Below are positions 38,936-46,426 of a stretch of DNA of 51,838 nt, piece by piece. The translations under genes and the position numbers were made by a program. Every line of letters begins with the position of its first letter. Within the stretch, counting starts at the first letter, position 1. Location: positions 1 through 51,838 of the forward strand of contig CAJBWJ010000032.1 of assembly GCA_903959355.1 (NCBI GenBank). The letters run 5' to 3'. The notes below the pieces were generated by a model that made no database searches, was not told the DNA's origin, and worked only from the letters and a program-made list of their open reading frames with translations. This DNA is from an uncultured bacterium. GTDB taxonomy: Bacteria; Patescibacteriota; Microgenomatia; UBA1400; PJMF01.

Positions 38936-41080
38936 TTAAAGATTTCTCTTTTTAGCGTATCTTTCACGACTGTTGCGAACAACTTTTTCTCTGTTTTGAT
39001 TGCTGCTTTTGGCGAGAGGCAGAGTATAGGCAGGGAAAGGACGGCTCAGCACGTTGTCGATAGAGATTTTATTGATGATCTGATGTTTATCCAAGTTGAC
39101 TAGGTCATCTTGAGTGTAGATTCCGCCATATTCTGCTTGGAAATAAGTGGCATCGCCAGCACCCATGACAAAACTAATAATGTTGCCACAGTTGCCAAAG
39201 ATAGCATTACGCACTTCTTCAGGAATTTGGTCAATGTATTGATTAGCGAGAGTTAGATTAAGATGATATTTACGAGCTTCAGAGAGAATTTTGATAAATG
39301 CATCAGTAGCAAAATTTTGAAATTCATCGACATATAAATAAAAGTCAGGACGCTTTTCTTCTGGAACATTAACTCTAGCCATGGCTGCTAATTGAATTTT
39401 GGTAATCATCATGGCTCCAAGCAGAGTGGCATTGTCTTCGCCGAGGCGGCCCTGAGATAGATTGACTAGTAATATTTTGCCCTGTGCCATTAACTCCTCA
39501 ATACTAAAAGAAGATTGATTGGTATTGACGACATTACGTACGATTGGGGATGAAACAAATTGACCAACTTTATTAAGAATAGAGGCAATGGATTCATTGC
39601 GTTGACGCTCTTGCATCTTATTATATTCATTAACCCAGAAGTTTTTTAAGATCGGATCATCAAGCTTTTCGACAATTTCGTCGCGGAATTTCTTATTGGT
39701 TAATAGATCTAACACATCTGACAATTTAGCTTCTTTGCTTTTGAGTAGAGTAAGCAAACAGTTGCGCAAAATATATTCAAGTCTTGGGCCCCAAGAATAA
39801 CTATAGAGTTTTTGGAAAACCGAGATAATACCGGAAGCGATTAGTTCACGATGAATAACATTCTCACCCTCGAATAAATTAATCTGTACAGTTCGATCCT
39901 GATCTGAAGGATCGAAATAAATTACATCATTAATGCGATGCTTTGGAATGAAATCCAATAAAGTTTCCACCAAGTCTCCATGTGGATCGATGACACAAAT
40001 ACCTTCATTGTGTTTGAGGTCATTGATGACCATATTTGCCAAGAGAGTGGACTTACCGGTGCCAGTTTTACCAATTACATAAACATGGCGGCGACGATCG
40101 TTTCTTAATAATCCATATTTAGTACTGCGGTTTTTATAAACAGTTTCAGCCAAGACATTGATTTCATTTTTAATTTCATCTGGAGTATCTTGATTAACGA
40201 CGGGCAATCTCTCTGGAGCTTCACCAAGAATCTTTTTACCCCAAGAAATATTGTGGATATTACCTAGTTTTTGACTTGGTAAGTGGAATAAGGTGGCGGT
40301 TTCATCAAGACTGAGACTTAATAAAGGAGAAGCACGGAAACTTCTTTTATTCATTCTGTTGAGAAAAATTCTCTTAAAAACATATCTATTTCTTAGACGA
40401 AGAGAGTTGCTTTCACTTTGACTAATGGCCTGGTAGGCAGCGTAGATATTTTCCATGAGCAACTTACTTTTTTTGCGATTATCGGTCGAAACAGCAATTT
40501 TAAAAGCAGTGTTGATTGTTCTTTTGTCTATTTTTTCTTGAATGAGGCTTTTTTGAGAGTGAGTTTCTAGTTTTTCAGATGAAATGCCATGATTTTTCGG
40601 CCAGAAGTCACTTTCATTATCTAAGACCATCTGAATAAGAATAGTGTCTTGACCATCATTTTTGGACAGAGTCGACATCAGGGTAGAAAGAGGATCGATG
40701 TCTTTGAATTCTTGATAAGTTTTAAGTGGCAGATAGCTGTGATTCTTGAGTTTTAAACTGGCCAGGCGAATAGCTTTTTTTGGTTCAAAAAAGAACTCAA
40801 CTGGATCAAATGATAGTTCAGAAATGACCGCTTCTGGATAGCTGGCATGAATGGCACCCTTAAAGTATTCAAGGATGCGCATTGGCACGTGAGCCAAGAA
40901 ATGAATGGTTTGCTCTCGCACCATGATTTCAAAACTTAGGCTTTCGTCTTGGCCGATTAGTTTGTAAAAAAGGTTGTTTTTCAGTTTTGGCAGAGTAGAG
41001 AAAAGCTGCACCGCAGTTTCCTCTGTTTCTTCGCTGTCTTTGCTAGTTCTGATCTCAAGTAGAATGTGGTTTTTTAGCAC
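38936..41080 (-). CDS. VirD4/TraG/TrwB-like type IV coupling ATPase
   Basis: DRRRHVYVIGKTGTGKST, IDPHGDL, WGPRLEYILRN, Walker B LYVDEFQNF, SEARKY and ANQYIDQ. I placed the start at GTG 41080 because TGcTATACT lies 6 nt upstream; the track start is 41125. Confidence 0.88.
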   Translation of the reverse strand: MLKNHILLEIRTSKDSEETEETAVQLFSTLPKLKNNLFYKLIGQDESLSFEIMVREQTIHFLAHVPMRILEYFKGAIHASYPEAVISELSFDPVEFFFEPKKAIRLASLKLKNHSYLPLKTYQEFKDIDPLSTLMSTLSKNDGQDTILIQMVLDNESDFWPKNHGISSEKLETHSQKSLIQEKIDKRTINTAFKIAVSTDNRKKSKLLMENIYAAYQAISQSESNSLRLRNRYVFKRIFLNRMNKRSFRASPLLSLSLDETATLFHLPSQKLGNIHNISWGKKILGEAPERLPVVNQDTPDEIKNEINVLAETVYKNRSTKYGLLRNDRRRHVYVIGKTGTGKSTLLANMVINDLKHNEGICVIDPHGDLVETLLDFIPKHRINDVIYFDPSDQDRTVQINLFEGENVIHRELIASGIISVFQKLYSYSWGPRLEYILRNCLLTLLKSKEAKLSDVLDLLTNKKFRDEIVEKLDDPILKNFWVNEYNKMQERQRNESIASILNKVGQFVSSPIVRNVVNTNQSSFSIEELMAQGKILLVNLSQGRLGEDNATLLGAMMITKIQLAAMARVNVPEEKRPDFYLYVDEFQNFATDAFIKILSEARKYHLNLTLANQYIDQIPEEVRNAIFGNCGNIISFVMGAGDATYFQAEYGGIYTQDDLVNLDKHQIINKISIDNVLSRPFPAYTLPLAKSSNQNREKVVRNSRERYAKKRNL

Positions 41081-41279
41081 GCCTATAGTATAGCAAATTG
41101 ATGATAAAGATGACACGCTGCTCACTATTTGAGAAGTTATGCTACTTTTTACACAAAAAAAGAACTTTTACAATTTTATGTGCAAAACTAGGTGAAACTC
41201 TTCAATAAATTGCTTTTTTATAAAAATATAGGACATCATATAAAATGAAGAATAAAAGTTATAGGACTAGGATTGATTA

Positions 41280-41307
41280 TTGAAAAAATTATACAACGGA
41301 ATATAAT
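41280..41307 (+). promoter_or_regulatory. Sigma70-type promoter with no obvious downstream CDS
   Basis: TTGAAA (41280-41285), 16 nt, TATAAT (41302-41307). Confidence 0.5.
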
Positions 41308-41399
41308 AACTGACAGTTCTTTAAAGCAAGATTTTCGTTAGGGGAGGTGACCTTTTCAGCTTTTTCTCAGGAAAAAATGAAAGAATCTTAAATAGACAA

Positions 41400-41570
41400 A
41401 TAAAAAAATCCATCCCGTTTAAGACTTGTTCTTAAGGCAGTCAAGAACCTAAACAAGATGGATTATAGCGAACATTATTACCGCTGATGAATCACGAATA
41501 ACAATGTAGCTTGTTTTAGTTACCTTCACAGATAACTTATTGTTTATAGGTTATCATCCACTCCTCTAAT
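41400..41570 (-). ncRNA. Candidate ~170-nt structured small RNA or attenuator leader
   Basis: Bounded by a TTGATA-18-TATAAT promoter and a hairpin plus U-tract. Hairpins at 41531-41555, 41472-41507 and 41407-41464; the last two gain G:U pairs on the minus strand. No family recognised. Confidence 0.5.
41402..41464 (-). terminator. Intrinsic terminator-like hairpin
   Basis: Minus strand AATCCATCTTGTTTAGG...CTTAAACGGGATGGATT followed by TTTTTATTT. Confidence 0.65.
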
Positions 41571-41575
41571 AGTAA

Positions 41576-41605
41576 ATTATATTTAAGTGATATTTTTTGT
41601 ATCAA
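41576..41605 (-). promoter_or_regulatory. Sigma70-type promoter for the candidate sRNA
   Basis: Minus strand TTGATA (41605-41600), 18 nt, TATAAT (41581-41576). Confidence 0.55.
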
Positions 41606-41612
41606 ATTGTAT

Positions 41613-41673
41613 AAGAATCTTCTGCGGAAGCTCGGTAGTTGGGCAGGCAACCGAGCTTCCGCAGAGGGTTCTT
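41613..41673 (+). repeat. GC-rich inverted repeat (16 bp perfect, 24 bp with G:U pairs), terminator-like on the + strand
   Basis: TCTGCGGAAGCTCGGT / ACCGAGCTTCCGCAGA with a 13-nt loop, followed by TATTTCTCTTTTTTCTT. Confidence 0.85.
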
Positions 41674-41703
41674 TATTTCTCTTTTTTCTTATATAATTTT
41701 ATT

Positions 41704-42447
41704 ATGTTTAATCCTCAAGAACTTATTTCTGGATTTTTAAAAGATCAAAACAAAGAACCAAAAAAAGATCAGCGCAAGCGTTCTCCGATTGTTTTAAGAA
41801 TAGAAATTGCTGTTATATTTGCCTTGGCTGGAAGCTTAATAAGTGGTTGTTCTGTTCTTGAAAATAGAGCCAAAGAGAGAATAGCGTCTGCAGGCGTACC
41901 TCCAGCAGTCGCCAATGATCCAGACCTAATCTGGCAAGCTTCAAATGGAGCAACTGATGAAGAGTTGCGAAGTTATGCTAACAGCTTATTGTTGGGAAGA
42001 GAAAGAGAGCTCAATCAGGCGATGGCGACGCAGCAGGCAGAGAAAGAAGCGGCTGCTTTTGCTACACCAACGGCTACGCAAGAACCAGAGATAAACGAAT
42101 TTAAGCCAAAGACTCAAATTAATTTTGAAAAAATAACCGACGGAGTTTATAGTTTTCAGACTGATTCAAATATTGAGATAACTGATCCAGGTTTTATTTT
42201 ATATATAAAGAATACTTTGAAGAAATTGGAAAATTTAGAAAATATCAGAGTTTTCATCTCTGTTATAGATGATGCTACTGGAGTGACTCAAATCGTTCTT
42301 GACTCGACAGCTTCTGACTATAAAGAAGCAAACGGACCGCTCTTTGCTTATGTAGGAGATAAAGTCTTCATTGCTGCCGACGGAGCAGCTTTAACCGAGT
42401 TACTAGATTCGCAGGGAATTAAACATAAAACTTTCGGATTACCATAA
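41704..42447 (+). CDS. Hypothetical putative lipoprotein
   Basis: Hydrophobic stretch ending in a lipobox-like LISG-C. I chose ATG 41704 because TATAAT is 6 nt upstream and the longer track ORF runs through the GC-rich hairpin. Confidence 0.7.
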   Translation: MFNPQELISGFLKDQNKEPKKDQRKRSPIVLRIEIAVIFALAGSLISGCSVLENRAKERIASAGVPPAVANDPDLIWQASNGATDEELRSYANSLLLGRERELNQAMATQQAEKEAAAFATPTATQEPEINEFKPKTQINFEKITDGVYSFQTDSNIEITDPGFILYIKNTLKKLENLENIRVFISVIDDATGVTQIVLDSTASDYKEANGPLFAYVGDKVFIAADGAALTELLDSQGIKHKTFGLP

Positions 42448-42581
42448 ATTGGCTTTTAGACTTGTTTTTTTGGCTTTTTTTGACATAATAGTAGAGTATT
42501 TTGTTTTCCTAAATGCCTTTTTCCAGAATCCACTCAATTAAATATAAATATGATTACAGTAAAACAGTAATTTTTTAGAAC

Positions 42582-44036
42582 ATGAAAGGTTCAAAAATTT
42601 TTATGCCAGTTAATAAAACTAGCGCATTAGCAAATGATTTAGTCGGCGAACCAACCAAATCAGAAGTCAAAGTAGAAGCTCAAGTAGAAACTAAACCAGA
42701 TTTACAGCCAGAAGTTAAGGAAGTAGAGAAGGAAATAGAAAATGCTCCAATTGTTTCTATGAATTCTACTGATGCAAAATCTTCATCTTCAACCAAAGAA
42801 GAATCTATGCCAGAAATTCGTCAAGAATCTGTGCAGAGTAGTCAAAATAATTACGCTCCAAGAATCACTCGTCACAAAGTGATGCGTAGCAACTTTCAAG
42901 AAGCAGATGAGTCATCTGAAGTTATTGAAGGTATTCTAGACATGTCCAGAGATGGTCATGGTGTCTTGCGCGTTGGTTATTCAGAATCAGAGCGCGATGC
43001 TTATATTTCTACCTCACAGATTCGCCGCTTACAGTTACGTCCTGGTGATGTTGTCACTGGCCCAGCCAGAAAACCAAAAGATAATGAACGTTTTTGGGGT
43101 TTGCTAAAAATTGACAAAGTTAATGATATTCCAGTTGATGAATTCATGAGAAAAGATCGTGTCAAATTTAAATCTTTGACACCTGTTTATCCAGATAGTC
43201 AGCTAAAGATGGAAACTGGCAAAGAGCCTTTGTCGCTTCGTATTGTCGACATGATTGCTCCAATTGGCAAAGGTCAGCGTAGTTTAATTGTTTCACCTCC
43301 AAAAGCAGGTAAAACCACTTTACTCAAAGATATCGCCACTGGTGTGGCTGCTAATAATCCAGAGATTCACCTCATGGCAGTTCTAGTTGGTGAAAGACCA
43401 GAAGAGGTAACTGACATTCGTCGTCACATTGATCATTTAACTAAAGGTAGAGGAGAAGTGGCGGCTAGTAATTTTGATGAGCCAGCTACCGATCAATGTC
43501 GTGTAGCAGAATTAGCCCTAGAAAGAGCTAAAAGACTTGTAGAGGATGGCAAAGACGTCGTCATTTTACTCGATTCAATTACTCGTTTAGCTAGAGCATA
43601 CAACTTGGCCATGCCAACTTCCGGTCGTACTTTGTCTGGTGGTTTTGATCCAGCTGCTCTTTTCCCACCAAAGAAATTCTTCGGTGCTGCTAGAAATTTT
43701 GAAGTTCAAGGATCTTTAACCATTGTTGGTACTGCTTTAGTAGACACTGGTTCTAGAATGGATGATTTAGTTTATGAAGAGTTTAAGGGTACAGGCAATC
43801 AAGAAATTCATCTTGATAGAGGATTAGCTGAGAGACGTATCCATCCTTCGATAGATGTCCAGAAATCTGGTACTCGCCGTGATGATTTATTAATCGATCC
43901 AGTTACTTATCAAGCAATTATTACTTTGCATCGTATGCTCGATATGCTTGGCAAAGACGAGCGAACTATTACTTTGATTGAAAAATTAAAGAGAAGTGAC
44001 AGCAATAAAGATTTTTTAGCTTCACTTAAAGGTTAA
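42582..44036 (+). CDS. rho: Transcription termination factor Rho
   Basis: EGILD..DGHGVLR, DAYISTSQIRR, PIGKGQR, PPKAGKT, LLDSITRLARAYN and EEFKGTGN. Confidence 0.98.
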   Translation: MKGSKIFMPVNKTSALANDLVGEPTKSEVKVEAQVETKPDLQPEVKEVEKEIENAPIVSMNSTDAKSSSSTKEESMPEIRQESVQSSQNNYAPRITRHKVMRSNFQEADESSEVIEGILDMSRDGHGVLRVGYSESERDAYISTSQIRRLQLRPGDVVTGPARKPKDNERFWGLLKIDKVNDIPVDEFMRKDRVKFKSLTPVYPDSQLKMETGKEPLSLRIVDMIAPIGKGQRSLIVSPPKAGKTTLLKDIATGVAANNPEIHLMAVLVGERPEEVTDIRRHIDHLTKGRGEVAASNFDEPATDQCRVAELALERAKRLVEDGKDVVILLDSITRLARAYNLAMPTSGRTLSGGFDPAALFPPKKFFGAARNFEVQGSLTIVGTALVDTGSRMDDLVYEEFKGTGNQEIHLDRGLAERRIHPSIDVQKSGTRRDDLLIDPVTYQAIITLHRMLDMLGKDERTITLIEKLKRSDSNKDFLASLKG

Positions 44037-44053
44037 AAAGATCAGCTGAAAGG

Positions 44054-45229
44054 TTGGAAGTGGCTTTATTTGAGAAGAGACCTGAATCTAGCAGAAAAAA
44101 GGGAAAGCTTTTAAGTCAATTAGCTTTGATTTTTACTGACCTGAGGGCTTTTGGCATTTTTGTCAGAACTTACGTTAAATATCGTCTATATAGTGTTTTT
44201 GCTTGGTTTGAAAGTTTCAAAGATAAGCTGGTGGATGTTCTTTATATGCAAAGAGGCAAGTACACAAAGCCTTTTTTGCATTTTGGAACCATTGGACTGA
44301 CATTTTTAATGGTAACTTTGGGCCCGAGTTTTTTATCTAAAACAGATGACAAAAATCAGCAAAAAGCCTTAGCCAGTCCGGTCCTTTCTACAGCTAAAGC
44401 AGCCTCGCCAGACTTCTATACTTCTCAGGCAGAAGAGGTTCGTCAGTATCGTGGTGGTGCAATTATTTCTCACATTGTCTCTGAAGGGGAAACTATTTCT
44501 AGTATTGCCAGCCGCTATGGACTTAGACCAAGCACCATTCTTTGGGAAAATAATTTAACTGACCAGTCCAAAATTAAACCAGGCCAAGAATTAAACATTT
44601 TGCCAGTTGATGGAGTTCGTCACAAAGTTACTCGTGGTGAAACTATCTATTCAATTGGTAAGAAATATGGCTTGGATGGTTCTCAAGTCCAGATGATTGT
44701 TGACTATCCTTTTAATGAATTTCTAAATGATGAAACTTTTGAATTAGTTGTAGGTCAATACTTAATGGTGCCAGAAGGTGAAAAGGCAGAGGTAAAATTG
44801 CCAGCTAATACTACTGGTAAAGCCAAGTATGGCAGCCTAACTCCTGATGCCGGAACAGTTTCTGCTCTTGGATCTTTCATTTGGCCAGCATCCGGTGGAA
44901 TTACTCAGGGTTATAGCTTCTTTCACAAGGCTTTTGATATTGCTAATCGTGCTGCCGGTCCAATTTTAGCTGCAGATGCTGGTATGGTAACTACTGCTGG
45001 CTGGCCAGATAGTTCTGGCTATGGCAACAGAGTAGTGATTGACCACGGCAATGGCTACATTACTCTTTATGGCCATATGTCTGTGATTCAGGTGGTATCA
45101 GGACAAAGAGTCAAAAGAGGAGATGTAATAGGTCAAATGGGCAATACTGGTCGTAGTACTGGTACTCATTTGCACTTTGAAATTCGTCAGGGCGGAGCTT
45201 TGCTCAACCCAGCAAGTTTTTTAAAATAG
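44054..45229 (+). CDS. LysM + M23 peptidase family protein
   Basis: Two LysM repeats (HIVSEGETISSIA, HKVTRGETIYSIG). M23 motifs HKAFDIA, YGHM and GRSTGTHLHFE. Confidence 0.93.
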   Translation: MEVALFEKRPESSRKKGKLLSQLALIFTDLRAFGIFVRTYVKYRLYSVFAWFESFKDKLVDVLYMQRGKYTKPFLHFGTIGLTFLMVTLGPSFLSKTDDKNQQKALASPVLSTAKAASPDFYTSQAEEVRQYRGGAIISHIVSEGETISSIASRYGLRPSTILWENNLTDQSKIKPGQELNILPVDGVRHKVTRGETIYSIGKKYGLDGSQVQMIVDYPFNEFLNDETFELVVGQYLMVPEGEKAEVKLPANTTGKAKYGSLTPDAGTVSALGSFIWPASGGITQGYSFFHKAFDIANRAAGPILAADAGMVTTAGWPDSSGYGNRVVIDHGNGYITLYGHMSVIQVVSGQRVKRGDVIGQMGNTGRSTGTHLHFEIRQGGALLNPASFLK

Positions 45230-45262
45230 AAATAAAACCTTTATTAATTAGAAAGTAAAAAT

Positions 45263-46426
45263 ATGATCGATTTAGTTAAATTAACTCTGGCAGCAGGCGA
45301 TGGAGGAAATGGTAAAGTTTCTTTCCGCCGCGAAAAATTTGTCACCAAGGGTGGTCCTGATGGTGGCGATGGTGGTAATGGTGGTTCGATTACCATTCGT
45401 TGTAAATCAGGTATGACCACCTTGAGAGACTATGCTGGAGTAAAGCTAGTCAAGGCTGGGGCCGGTAAAAACGGTGATCGCAAGAAAAAATTTGGTGAAA
45501 AAGGTGAAGACAAAGTTTTGGAAGTGCCAGTTGGCACTGTCGTTTATCTGCTTGGAGAAAATAAGATTGCCTTTAAAAAAAGAAATAATACTTTGCTTGG
45601 TGAAGAAGCTTTGCATGGTGGCAAGTATTATCTAGAAGAAGAAAATCAAGGCGTTCCATTTAGAGATTTCGACGATAAAATCAATTTATTGGAAGAGAAG
45701 CTTGAGCTTTTTGTTTTCAAAGAAGACGGTCAAGAGCTCTTGATCTGCGAAGGTGGCAAAGGTGGTAGAGGTAGTGTTCATTTCAAATCATCAGTCAAAA
45801 CTACTCCTCTGGAAGCAGAATATGGCGTATTTGGTGAGCAGAAACTATTACAATTCGAGCTCAAATTATTAGCTGATCTCGGTTTAGTCGGTTTTCCAAA
45901 TGCTGGCAAGAGTACTTTTCTTTCCAAAGTAACCAAGGCTAATCCAAAAATTGCTAACTATCCATTTACCACAATCGAACCAAATCTAGGCATCATGTAT
46001 CTTGGTCTTGGCCAAGGTAAGGACGAATTAGTCGTTGCAGATATTCCTGGTCTGATTGAGGGAGCGAGTAAAGGCAAGGGTTTGGGTTTAGACTTCTTGC
46101 GTCATATCGAAAACTGCAAGAGTTTAATGTTTATTCTTTATTTAGATGAAGAAATGATCTTTGACGAGAACGTTAGCGATGAGCAAAAAGCCGAAATGCT
46201 TTTCAAGCAATATGAGCAACTCAGAAAAGAATTAAGTGATTATGATCCAAAAATGCTCGAAAAACGCTCGATTGTGACTATCAATAAGATAGATCTATAC
46301 ACTGATGAACAGATGGATATCTTTAGATCATATTTTATAGCAAAAGATGTGAATGTGATGTTCTTTAGTATGTTTACCAATAAAGGTTTGGAAGAAGTTA
46401 AGAAAGCAATCGCTAAGACACTTTAG
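45263..46426 (+). CDS. obgE: GTPase Obg/CgtA
   Basis: GDGGNG, FRREKFV.KGGPDGGDGG, GFPNAGKST, YPFTT, DIPGLIEGA and NKID. Confidence 0.97.
   Translation: MIDLVKLTLAAGDGGNGKVSFRREKFVTKGGPDGGDGGNGGSITIRCKSGMTTLRDYAGVKLVKAGAGKNGDRKKKFGEKGEDKVLEVPVGTVVYLLGENKIAFKKRNNTLLGEEALHGGKYYLEEENQGVPFRDFDDKINLLEEKLELFVFKEDGQELLICEGGKGGRGSVHFKSSVKTTPLEAEYGVFGEQKLLQFELKLLADLGLVGFPNAGKSTFLSKVTKANPKIANYPFTTIEPNLGIMYLGLGQGKDELVVADIPGLIEGASKGKGLGLDFLRHIENCKSLMFILYLDEEMIFDENVSDEQKAEMLFKQYEQLRKELSDYDPKMLEKRSIVTINKIDLYTDEQMDIFRSYFIAKDVNVMFFSMFTNKGLEEVKKAIAKTL

Noticed and set aside
9205..41125. Integrative conjugative element or prophage
   Set aside because: No integrase, relaxase, att repeats or phage structural genes. 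The T4SS-like genes are interleaved with housekeeping genes and show no obvious compositional break.
41455..41497. Fluoride riboswitch resemblance (GATGG...GCTGATGA) on the + strand
   Set aside because: The P1 stem is missing, the pseudoknot pairs only partly, and no fluoride-related gene lies downstream.
41341..41673. tmRNA or RNase P RNA in the large intergenic gap (size fits, begins GGGGA)
   Set aside because: No T-arm GGTTCRA or acceptor CCA end, no Ala-ending tag frame, and no GAGGAAAGTCC RNase P motif.
41587..41703. N-terminal extension of the track ORF 41587-42447
   Set aside because: It runs through the GC-rich hairpin and T-tract. ATG 41704 has a -10 box and a better context.
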